Assembly (NCBI RefSeq): GCF_018350175.1
Contig: NC_058369.1
Location: 13,208,001-13,272,000 of the forward strand
DNA: 64,000 nt
Direction: 5' to 3'
Origin: Felis catus
Lineage: Eukaryota
The notes beneath the pieces are model-generated. The model saw only the letters and a program-made list of their open reading frames with translations, ran no database searches and was not told the DNA's origin. Made by a program: the position numbers and the translations under genes. Shown piece after piece: positions 35,386 through 47,300 of the stretch. Every line of letters begins with the position of its first letter. Positions within the stretch are counted from its first letter, which is position 1.

Positions 35386-36321
35386 GTGAGTTCAAGCCCT
35401 GCCAGGAGGTCCCCATTGCCCCCCTCAGGAACAGAAGTTGGGGGGGGGGGCTCTGCCTGGCCTGGGGTTTGTGGAGAAGCAGCAGGTGTCACTTCCTGGG
35501 CCGGGCAGGAGCTTGCGTGGCGGCCACCTTTCGCTCTGCCCCTCTGCCCCCCATTACGGTTCGGAGTGGTGGACCCCCAGAGCCGCATGCGGTGGTTCCA
35601 AACGAGAGTTCTTTGGCAGGCAGGCCAGGGACAAAATCACAGGGACCTCAGGACAGTGAGTTCTTTCTCTGTGGCTCAGTTTCCTCATCTGTAAAGCTGG
35701 GGTGGAGCCCCATGGTGTGGCTGTGAAGGCTGAATGAACGGGTACCTGTCGTGGGGGGGTGGTGGGGAGCTGGGTACCGACCCACAAACATACTGGCTCT
35801 CGGCGCGTTGTGGGGGGAGGGGCAATCTAATCCGAGCTGTGAAAACAGTTGAGATTCTCGGTTTCTGAGGAACTTGGGCCCCGGGGGCTCCTAGTATCCT
35901 CTAAGCAGCATCTTCTAGCAGAACTTTCTCTCTCTGTGCTGTCCGATATGGTGGCCACCAGCCCTGGAAGCAAGGTTGGCTCCAAGGAGCTGGGATGGGG
36001 GGGGAGGGGGGCGCGGGGGGGGGGCCGTTCATTGTATTTCATTGCACTTCGTTTAAAATTCACTTGCCACGTGAGGTGAGTGGCTCCCATGTCACTCAGC
36101 TCAGCCCTAAGGGATCTGGAGATACTCCGGGTCCAAATCGTGGTCAGGAATGAAGAAATGAGATGGGAATTTAGGGCTTTTCACCCTTGGGAGGTCAGCC
36201 TAGCTCCGGACCAGACTGGGTTTCCTCTGGGAGGGCACAGTGACTAGGGTTTCTCAAGGTCCCCAGCATCACCCGGCACAGGGTGGCTATTGGAAGTAAA
36301 TATTTTTTTAATACACGTATT

Positions 36322-36384
36322 TTTAAGTTGACTTATTTATTTTGAGAGAGACAGAGACAGCATGAGTGGGGGAGGGGTAGAGAG

Positions 36385-36438
<54 letters not shown>

Positions 36439-36567
36439 TCCCAAGCAGGCTCCATGCTACCAGCACAGAGCCCAATAGGGGGCTCGAACCCACCAAGCCG
36501 CGAAGATCGTGACCTAAGCCAAAACCAAGAGTCCGACGCTTAACCAACTGAGCCACCCAGGCGCCCC
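36322..36567 (-). mobile_element. Carnivore SINE with expanded (GA)n
   Basis: SINE body; (ga)n at ~36390-36435. Confidence 0.9.
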
Positions 36568-36913
36568 GGGAATATTTGCTGAATGGAATAATTTTTTGCC
36601 TGGTGAACTCCTATCCATGCTTCAACCTCCCACCTCCCATGGCCCCCTCCTTCAGTCCAGGCTCCCACAGTCCCTTCTAACGTTTGGCCCAGCCCTGATC
36701 CTGCAGGACTGGTGCGTCTGGCTCTACACCCCTAGGCTGGGGGCTCCTCAGGGACCAGACCCAGGACCCAGACCTCGGGTCCCTCTCGTGGACCCTTGCA
36801 TTGCCCTGGCCACATGGGTACATGGTAGGTGCTGGGTGACTTAGAGAAGTCGAAGGACCTGGGGCTAGACAACAATGGTTCAAATTAAACTCACTTTTAA
36901 GATTAGCTAAAGT

Positions 36914-37161
36914 GGGGCGCCTGGGTGGCGCAGTCGGTTAAGCGTCCGACTTCAGCCAGGTCACGATCTCGTGGTCCGTGAGTTCGAGCCCCGCGTCAGG
37001 CTCTGGGCTGATGGCTCGGAGCCTGGAGCCTGTTTCCGATTCTGTGTCTCCCACTCTCTCTGCCCCTCCCCCGTTCATGCTCTGTCTCTCTCTGTCCCCA
37101 AAATAAATAAACGTTAAAAAAAAAAAAATTAAATAAATAAATAAATAAAAAATAAAAAAAA
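36914..37161 (+). mobile_element. Young SINEC_Fc
   Basis: CpG-rich, long A tail, flanking aagattagct repeat. Confidence 0.92.
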
Positions 37162-38347
37162 AAGATTAGCTGGATGAAGGCAGCCTTGTCCAAGGTCCTT
37201 GCTTGGTCCTTTCCCAGTGAGGTCCAAGGAGCTTTCCCTTTTGCGGTCACCAGCCCTGTCCCTGCTGCCACTGTGCCTCCTAGGCTCCCAGCTGCTGCTG
37301 AGCTGAGCTGCCCGAGGGGTCATGAATTATGGATGAGGCCTGCGGGCTCCTGTGACAAGCCCAGCGTCGAGAACGTGCCAAGGACACCAAGTGTCCCTCC
37401 TTTGCCAGGCAGCTTGGCCCGGCCCCCCTCTGCGGGGAGGCCTGGGTTCCCCCAACAAGACCCCTTCTAGGCATTCCCTCTTGTTTTGCAGATGGGGAAA
37501 CTGAGGCACAGAGCTGGATAGTGACTCAGACACCAGGTGAACAGTGGCTTCTGGGAGTCGGGCTTGGGACTCGTGGGGGCCCCACTGCCGGCTGGGTCAT
37601 CATGGTGAGGGGTGAGCTCTCCATTCCAGGGCGTGCATGAGATGCGGACTGGTGTAGAGGGATTTGGGAGACCCCTCCAGGGGTCCTTGGGGACACTTCA
37701 GGGACCCCAGCCCCCATGTGGCTGATCACAGTCCCAGTGTCCATTTCTCAGCAGACCCTTTCCAACAGGAGCGGCCCAGCGTGGAGCTGAGTGCTCAGAT
37801 CTCGATTCAGCTGGCCCAGGGTGAAAATCTGTCATTTCCTGGCTGTGTGACCTTGGCAAGTGGCTTCCCTCTGCAGGGGGCGGGGGGGGGGGTGGGGGGC
37901 TCAGTTTTTCCATCTGTGAAATGGCCCTGAGGTTTTCTGCTCAGGCTGAGGGGCTCATCCAGTATTCCAGCCCCCAGTGAACTCCTATTTGTGCTTAAAA
38001 ACCCCTACTTGTGCCTTTTCCTCTAGACCAAGCTCCCCAGCCCCTATCCTTCTATCTAGTCCAGCTCTGACTGCACAGGACTTGGGACATCTATATCCTG
38101 ATCTGTCCCCGCTAGAATGGGGGCTACTTTGGGCCAGGCCTGGGGATGAATCATCTCAGGGGCCCTGGCATGCCAGCCTTGGGGCTTTTGGTTCCTCCTC
38201 CATCCTTTCTCTTCCTCTTCCACAGGGAGGATAGTTGGAATTTCCCCTCTTAGGCCCAAGCTGGCCATGGCTTTGTAGCTCAAATTTGCCTCTCTTTGGA
38301 CAGGCACTAAACAGGAACCTGCGGGGGTCTCCACAGAGGCCATCAGG

Positions 38348-38374
38348 ATGTCATATTTTGGGGAGCATTTTTGG
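38348..38374 (+). CDS. FCHO1: FCHO1 coding exon 1 (exon probably begins at 38304)
   Basis: MSYFGEHFW|gtaagt; acceptor cag at 38301-38303. Confidence 0.92.
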
Positions 38375-41300
38375 GTAAGTACGATGCACTTTTATTTTGA
38401 TGGGGGCTCCTGGAAGGGCTGTGGGGACTTTTACAGAGCTGGGGGTATGTGGCGGCCTATGGGCAGAGCCTTGGACGGGTGGAGGGTCTGCAAGGTGTCG
38501 AAGTTAATGTGGGAGGAGTCAGGCTGGATATGAATCTATACCCTCAGACCTCATGGACCTTGTGACCTTGGACAAGTCCCAGCTTCAACAGGGAGACTAA
38601 GGCCCTGAGTAGGATTCTCTTTCCTAAAGTTGCCTAGTGAGAAAGTGCAGAGTCGGGGCTCAAACCCAGCACTGGACTGAACTTCCAGGATCCAGGGTCA
38701 TTGCATCCAGGGAATTTCCACGTCTTTCCCACCCTGGAGAGTTGGGGGGTTTCTTGACTTGGCCCCTAGTGGCTCCCCTCAGCCCTGTGCCTTCCGGGCT
38801 GGGGAGCACATACTGTGACCCAAGGCGGCCAGTGAGACAAAGTTGTTTTCATTCATTCATTTGCTCCCTCCCTCCCTTCCACCATTACTCCACACCCAAC
38901 CTCCTGTGGAACCTGAGGAGGCCCCCAAGGGGCTTCATCCTGGCTCTGACCCCAAGAAGCCCCCAGTCTGGGAACCATAGAGCCAGCCAGAGAGATCCGC
39001 AGCCCTGCAGGGTCACGGCTGGGCCCCCCCGACTTGGGGGCAACGAGAGGAGGGCTGAGAGCCATGTTTCCCATGGGCTTGGAGGGCTGAGATTTTCCAG
39101 GATGTAAGAAAGGCATTCCAGGCAGGGGGAACAGCCTGAGCAAAAGCCCAGAAGCGTGACAAGGTTGACTAGTTGAGGGCACAAGGACTCCTCTTCCAGG
39201 GCCGGGCTACTGGGAAGCCACAGGGAATGTATGAACAGAAGAATCTAGGAAGGACCAGGGCAGAAAGCCCCTTCCCCAGTTGCGCGCCCTGAGCTTGCCA
39301 GAGGAAGCTTGTTGCTAGGTAACTGGTTGCCCCTGGCAACAGGCCTTCTCCCTCCCTTTCCCCTCCCCAGCTGGGGCTCCTCTTACTGCCACTTGCTTTC
39401 TTAAAGGGGCCTCACCCCCTTGCCACCTGCTGGGAGGGAGTGGGGGGGAGGGGGCAGAGGGGGGAGGGCGCCTGACCTCCACCGGCTCCCCAAGGGTCAG
39501 ATTCCCGGGATTTGTCTCTGAATAGCTATGTGACCCCAGCAAGGGGCCCCGCTCCTCTCTGAGCCCCTGTTGGTGCCTCTATGTAAGGAGGTTGACTGTT
39601 TGCTGATCAGTTGTTGCCCATGTTTTGGAACCCTGACAGCGGCACCTACATGTATTTTAAATTCCACTTAATGGCATGAGGCACCTACATTTATTTTAAA
39701 TTCTTTTTAATTGCATGAGGCATGCAAGCTTGCTGCAGAAAATCCAGATCAGCAGAGAGAAAATAGAAGCCACCCCCGATGCACTCCCCACCCAAAGATA
39801 GCCTGGTGCAGAGTGGATAAGGGCTTTGAGTTCAGGATTTGATCCGGGGCTCTGCTGGGAGCCCTTGGGCAAGTGACTTTGTGTCTCCAGGCTTCAGCTT
39901 TCCCATCTGGGAAAGGGGATATAATTCCTGCCTCCCAAGAGGACTCAGGGAGTACCCTGGGATGTCTTTCACTGGCAAGGTTTCTTTTAATCAGTTGTCT
40001 GTATTGGTGGCTCTTTGCTGGGTGTCGCTGGCCTGAAGGAGGCTCCTCCAGTCAGGGGAGATCAAGCCAGAGAGGGAAGCCCTGGTCCCACTGGGCCAAG
40101 GCAGGGCTGGAGGCATAGAGGGCACTGGGGAGCCATGAGGGAAGTGTGAGCAGGAGAGGGACATCATCAAGCTGTGTTAGAAAGATCCCTCTGGGGTTGG
40201 CCTGGGGGCACGACTGGAGTCCAGAGAGGTTCTGATAAGAGACACAGGCCCAAGACACCCCCTCCTAGGACCCTCGCTGCCAGCACAGCCTGAGAGAGGC
40301 AGATACCACTGGGGGCCTTGCCAGGTCTGGGAAACGGGCCAGTGGTTGGCTGCAAGTCAGCCCCAGATGCTGGCCTGGGCAGCGGTGCCTGGTGCAGCCT
40401 TACTCGAGGATCCCCTGGGTGGGGCAGGCGGGGGTGGGGGTGGGGGCTGCTGGGCCTGTTTGCTGAGCCCTCCCCACCGTGCAGGAGGCCCTGTGTTCAG
40501 CACGCTGCGAGCCTCATCCCACCGAGACCTGTGGGAGGTGGGTGCTGTCCTTGTCCCCATTTGTCAGATGAGGAAACGGAGGCCCAGAGAGGTGAAGTTA
40601 CTAGCTCAGAGTGACCCAGGGCACAAAAGGAGGCTCTGAGACACATCCCTGGGAAGCAGGAGGGAGCACCACTGAACATTCAGGGAAGTGAGCGTCCGAA
40701 GAGGGTGGGCCTGGAACGGATCCTTGACAGGTGGAAGGATTTGGATGGATGGGAAGAGAGGCACCCTGGTGGGCTGGAACAGCCCAGGCAAAGGGACAGT
40801 GGTAGGAAGGCACGGTATGTCTTTGCACTGTTTGCCATTTTTCTAGCGAGGCCAAGAGGAAGAAGCTGGGGGATGAGATTGGAAAGCCAATTTTGAGGGG
40901 CGCCTGAGTGGCTCAGTCGGTCAAGCGTCCAACTCTTGGTTTCAGCTCAGGTCATGATCTCACCGTTCACGGGCTCAAGTCCCGCGTTGGGCTTCGTGCT
41001 GACAGTGTGGAGCCTGCTTGGGATTCTCTTACTCTCCCTCTGTCTCTCTGCCCCCGCCCCTCTCTCTCAAAATAAATAAATAAACTTTAAAAAATGAGGG
41101 GCACCTGGGTGGCTCAGTCGGTTAGTCTTCTGACTTCAGCTCAGGTCATGATCTCGTGGTTCGTGAGTTCGAGCCCCACACTGGGCCCTCTGCTGTCAGT
41201 ACAGAACCGGCTCCGGATCCTCCGATCCTCTGTCTCCCTCCCTCTCTCTCTCTGCCCCTCCTCTACTTGTTCGTTCTCTCTCTTTCTCTCCCTCTCTCTC

Positions 41301-44300
41301 TTTCTCTCAAGGCCCCCAAGGGGATAGACAGCAGGCTGATTGGCTCAGGCCTGAAGCAATCCCCGCCGCCAAGGGGTTGGGCTTCCGCTGGTTGGCTCCT
41401 CCGGCCACGCCCCCGTTGCTAGGCAACCTTTGATGCCTCCTCCACCGCTTTTCTCAGTCTCCACGTCCATCCCCTGCAGGGTGAAAAGAACCATGGCTTT
41501 GAGGTCCTGTACCACAGCGTGAAGCAGGGGCCCATCTCCACCAAGGAGCTGGCCGACTTCATCCGGGAGAGGTGAGGATCCCTAGGCTCGGTCCGCACCT
41601 GGCCACGCCCCACAGCCCAGTCAGCCCCGCCTGCCTCGTGGCCCCGCCCTGGCTCCGCCCCACCTCTCCCCGGCCCGTCCCACCGCCTCCACTCCACACC
41701 CTGCCCAACCTGCTCGAACGCCCTGGAAACCAGCGGTTCTCAACACTGTCAGCCCTGTGCCCGCTTGTCAACAATTCCCAGGTTTCTGACGCCTCCTCCT
41801 GAAGAGATGGTGATATGACCTACTTACAAGGGGAATTCTGAAAACTCAGTCTCATGCCCTGAATATGATAAAACACACGTATGAGGAAATAATCGACATT
41901 TCGGCATGGAAATGCTCATGCTCCGACATCTATATCCCAGAAAACATAATACATTGAAATTGCAAGGCAGCCTTCTGCCCCCCGGCCACTCGCTAGCTGA
42001 ATGCGCGTTGAATCCGGGCAGAGTTCAAAAGATTATAACCAGGTTTTTCTCTTTGTGGCCGTCTAGCGAGACCTGTCTGTGCTGTCTAGGACAGGGGCCA
42101 CTCTTTATTTAGAGAGCCCTCCCGGACCCATCCACGATTGCCCGTGGTACCCTCTGGGTGCCTCTATCAAAAAATGAGCCCGTGGGTAGTTGGTTTTCAC
42201 AGGGCATATTGTGGCCCCAAACAAAATCGAGGTTCTGTTAACCTGGACAAAAATGTGAGTGGAGATTAGGTAGGCATTAGCGGTGTCTGTCCAGAGGGAA
42301 AAAGGTAATAGAAGTTCGTCTCCCGCAGTTAAACAAGACGAAGCATATAAAGCATTTGTAGTATGTGCTCAAAAATTTTTTTATCTGATGCTGTTACTGC
42401 TGTTACTCCTGCTGTCGTTAGTAAAGCATATTACTTAACCTCGCCCGTGACTTTCCAAAATGCCTCCTCCCAGCAGGGGACTATACCATCCTCCTTGAGA
42501 GCTACTGCGCAGCTGTCTGAATGAGGAAACTGAGGCCCAAGGGGATGGAGTGTCTCCCAAGGGCGCCCAGAACCTTCTGCATCTTTTCTCCATTCTGTTC
42601 AGGGCCACCATCGAGGAGACCTACTCAAAGGCGATGGCAAAACTTTCCAAGCTGGCCAGTAACGGGACCCCCGTGGGGTGAGTGGGCCTTGGCTGAGTCA
42701 GGGGTCGGCAAGGATGCAGGGTCCTGGGGTATCAGGGGCCTACTCTTGGGTGGACATCTCTTCACACAAGTGATATGTAGAATAGGGAGTCAACCCTCCC
42801 CCACGCAAGGGGCTAATTGGACAGGAGAATATAAATCATTCATTCGCTTCCTCCTCATTCATTCATTCAACACATATTTATCTGTTGTGTGCCAGGCACC
42901 ATTCTAGGTACTGGAGGCCCAGGAGCGATCAAGACAGATAAAACCCCAGTCACCTGCATGCCACGTTCATGTAGGGCGTGCGGCAAGATAGATGTTAACT
43001 ACAAACATGAACAAAGTCCCTTCCTGGGGTGAACAGCTCTAGGAAGGGGATGAAATGGGAGTGTGAGACAGGTGCTTCCTCTGGGGGGGGGGGGGGCTTG
43101 GTTCCGTGAGCTGAGACCTTGATAGCAGCGTGGAGCCAGCTGCAGGGGTGTCTGGGTCAGAGACCCAGGCGGGCAGCTGAGCCAGTGCAAAGGTCCTGAG
43201 GCAACCATGGGTTTTGCATGTTCGAGGAAGAGCAAAGAGGCTGGCTGCAGGGTCTGAGTGAGGGACAGATGAGACGGGAGGTTGGACAAGGGTGGGGGGC
43301 GGTGCACGCCCGATTCACAGGTGACGTGGTCCCATTGGCATCTGCAGGATTTCCTGGGGCTGCTCTGGGGCAAAGGTTCTGGGGGGGGTGTGGGGGGGAG
43401 GCCAAAGAGGTCTTCTGACTATGTAGCTCTGTGAACTTGATTTGGGCAAGTTGAGCCTTAGCTGCCCTTGAGTATCAGCTGGGGCCTGGAGTCCAGAGTG
43501 AGGATGCTGGGGCCTCAGAGCCTGGGTTTCAATTTCCTAAGGAGCCTTGGGTGAATTGTGGAGCCTCCTATGCCTCAGTTTCCCCATCTGTCACAGACCT
43601 GCCTCCTAGTTGTGGTGCAGCTGCCTCAGCAGGGCCTGGGGCGCGCGGTGGGTGCTGGCAGTGCTGTTTGAGGGGAGACCCTGGGGGGTGGGCCCCGCCG
43701 GACCCTGGGTGTGTGTGACCTGTTTCCAGGACCTTCGCCCCGCTGTGGGAGGTCTTCCGCGTCTCCTCAGACAAGCTGGCGCTCTGTCACCTAGAGCTGA
43801 CGCGGAAACTACAGGACCTCATCAAGGACGTGCTCCGCTACGGCGAGGAGCAGCTCAAGATACACAAAAAGGTGTGTGTGTCGGCGCGGGGCGGGTGGTG
43901 ACAGTGGCAGGAAGGACCCCAGAACTTAGGGGGGCTTTGAACCTCCAGCTCCTGGCGTGTGTTCCTCCGCGAATTCAGTCGATTCCACCGCGTCAAACCC
44001 AGGGTCCCACAGACCTGACCCCGGTCAAATTTCAGGCTCAAAATTCTAGACCAGGGGTCTGCACGCTATGGGACACCGACCAGAACCAGCCTGGTTTTGC
44101 ACAGCCTGAGAGCTAAGAATGGATTTCGCGTGTTTTTTTTTTTTTTTTAATTTTATGTGTTTGTTTGTTTAGCTATTACTTATTTTTGAGAGAGAGAGAA
44201 AGAGACAGGGAGTGAGTGGGGGAGGGGCAGAGAGAGAGGGAGGCACAGAATCCGAGGCGGGCTCCGGGCTCGGAGCTGTCAGCACAGAGCCCGTCGCGGG

Positions 44301-47300
44301 GCTCGAACTCATGAACCGCGAGACCGCGACCTGAGCTGAAGTCAGATGCCCAACCGACTAAGCCACCCAGGCGCCCCTGGTTTTTACATTCTTAAATGGT
44401 GAGGGCGGGGGAGAAGAATATTTCATAATAGGTGAAAACTCTATGACCCTTAGATTTCAGTGCCAGTAAATACAGCTTTATTGGCCTAGAGCCGCATCTA
44501 TTCCTGTCCAAAGAGGGAGTAGGGGGGCTGCCTGGGTGGCTCAGTCAGTTAAGCGTCTGACTTCAGCCCAGATCATGCTCTCGTGGTCCGTGGGTTTGAG
44601 CCCCACATCGGGCTCTGTGCTGGCAATGTGGAGCCTGCTTGCGATTCTCTCTCTCTCTCCCCCTCTCTCTTTGCTCCTCCCCTGCTCTCTCTCTCTCAAA
44701 AGAAAGAAATAAATGCCCCCCCCAAAAGAAATGTTTTTTTTAAAAATGGCTAACATGATAGATTTTATGTTATGTGTGTGTTACCCTGAGTTTTTTTTCT
44801 TTCTTTCTTTCTTTCTTTTTTTTTTTTTTTTTTTTTTTGGAACTGGGGGACAAGGAAGTTTTCTGCGGGCTAATACAGAATAACCTTGGGAATAGATTAT
44901 TAAGCTGAATAAGCTGTGACTTAAACAGAGGTTGCCCCTACTTGTCATTAAAAAATGGCCTAGGGGCGCCTGGGTGGCGCAGTCGGTTAAGCGTCCGACT
45001 TCAGCCAGGTCACGATCTCGCGGTCCGGGAGTTCGAGCCCCGCGTCGGGCTCTGGGCTGATGGCTCGGAGCCTGGAGCCTGTTTCCGACGCTGTGTCGCC
45101 CTCTCTCTCTGCCCCTCCCCCGTTCATGCTCTGTCTCTCTCTGTCCCAAAAATAAATAAACGTTGAAAAAAAAAAATAAAAAAAAAAATGGCCTAGAACA
45201 AACACATCTGCTTGTCTATGTGCTGATTATTTCTGGAGACAGATCTACTCCTAGGCAGAGGCTTGGGAGGCTGGGGATCAGGGAGGGGTAGGTTTTTCCC
45301 TGAGCTCACCCCGTGAAACTTTCTGAGATAGGAACTATGTGTAACTCTCCCCTACTTAAAAAAGTTAAAACTTTTGAAAGCAATAGAATACTCAGAAAAA
45401 AGTAATCGGTGGAACCTGGGTTTCAGAGCCCGGGATTTCCCAGTGGACACCTGCTGGGGGCTTCAGGGCCTACCCATGCTCCCCCCGCCCCCGCCCCCTG
45501 CAGTGCAAAGAGGACGCGGTGGGCACCCTGGACGCCGTGCAGGTCCTCGCAGGTGTCAGCCAGCTCCTGCCCAAGTCCCGCGAGAACTACCTGAACCGCT
45601 GCATGGACCAGGAGCGGCTGCGGAGGGAGAGCACCAGCCAGAAGGAGATGGACAAGGTGGGCCTTCGGCCGCGGGTCCCCGGCTGCCGTCGGCCCTCTGC
45701 AGACCCAGGGGATGCTCGTCCCCTCCCGACCTCATCCCCTCCCTGTGCCTCCTAGGCAGAGACCAAGACGAAGAAGGCGGCAGAGAGCCTGAGGCGCTCG
45801 GTGGAAAAATACAACTCAGCCCGCGCAGACTTTGAGCAGAAGATGCTGGAGTCGGCTGTGGTAAGAAGCAGGCATCGGTGCCTTGGAGACCCACACATCC
45901 CTTGGCCCAGGATCTATGGGCGTCGGAAGTCCAGAACCTCTGAAACCCTCGCCTCCCGGGAGCCTTAGAATCACAGGTTTAAAGGCATAGAATTCTAGAG
46001 ACTGTTAGCTGTTGCGGTGGTGGTGGTTGTTGTTGGCATTATTATTTCAAGAGCCAAATCCTTTTTGTGCCTCGGTTTCCCCCTCTGTAAAATGGGAAGA
46101 GTAACAGTACCTGCCTCACGGAGTTTTTGTGAAGATTAAAGGAGCCACTCTCTGTGATGTTTTCAGACTCGGACTGGGTGCATGGACACCTCTCTAGAAG
46201 GGATTACAATTTCTACCGTTACGGATGAGGGTTTTGAACAGGGCAGGGCAGGGTTTAGAAGCCAAGAGCCTACTGATGGTTCATGGTGGCTGAAAGACCT
46301 GGGTTCTGCCCCAGTCTCCATTCTTCACCAGCTATGTAACCTTTTTTTTTTTTTAATTTTTTTTTTTAACGTTTATTTATTTTTGAGACAGAGAGAGAGA
46401 GAGAGCATGAACAGGGGAGAGGCAGAGAGAGAGGGAGACACAGAATCTGAAACAGGCTTCAGGCTCTGAGCTGTCAGCACAGAGCCCGACGCGGGGCTCG
46501 AACTCACGGACCGCGAGATCGTGACCTGAGCTGAAGTCGGCCGCTTAGCCGACTGAGCCACCCAGGCGCCCCTATGTAACCTTTTTATAAGACGCTATGC
46601 CTCTCTGGAACTACTCAAATGTGTGAAAAGCACATTGGAATGTCAGGATTAGGAACCGGATTTTTTTTTTTTCTGACTTTCTATCCGCAAGTGATAGAAA
46701 GTTGCAAATGATAGAAACCTTCATTCAAACTGACAAGGAAGATTAAAGGCTCAGGGGACTGAAAAGTTTGCAGGGAGAGCTTCAGGCATGGTTAGATCCA
46801 GGTACTCAACTGGTGTTAAAGTTGTGCCTCTCTGCTTTTTGAGTCTGTTTTTCTCCCTGGGGACTTCACTCCCAAGCAGAGATGCCCCTCCTGGGTGTGC
46901 GTGGGTGTGTGTGTTTGTTGCGGGGGGGGGAGGGGGAGCGGGGTAGGGGCAGTGGCACCCGTTCGCAGCAAAGTGGCCACCTGCAGCCTCCACATGGATC
47001 CCACCATCTCATTGACTCAGGGTATGAAAGTGTCTCTTTTCCCATAGTTTTAGCCAAAGTCCCAGGGAAGACTCTCATTGGCTCTTCCCCGCCCAGTCAC
47101 TGAGGCCAGGGGGGTTGGAACGTTCTGATTGGTCAGGCTGGGTCACCTGGCCGCTCCTCGTGGCCTCCACCTTCCTGTTTGCCCCTCCCCTCCCGGCTCA
47201 GCGTTTCCAAGCCATGGAGGAGACCCACCTGCGGCACATGAAGGCACTGCTAGGCTCCTACGCCCACTCCGTGGAGGACACCCATGTGCAGATCGGGCAG

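Noticed and set aside
37470..37860. Possible additional non-coding FCHO1 5' UTR exons
   Set aside because: Several plausible acceptors and donors exist, but boundaries cannot be fixed without transcript data
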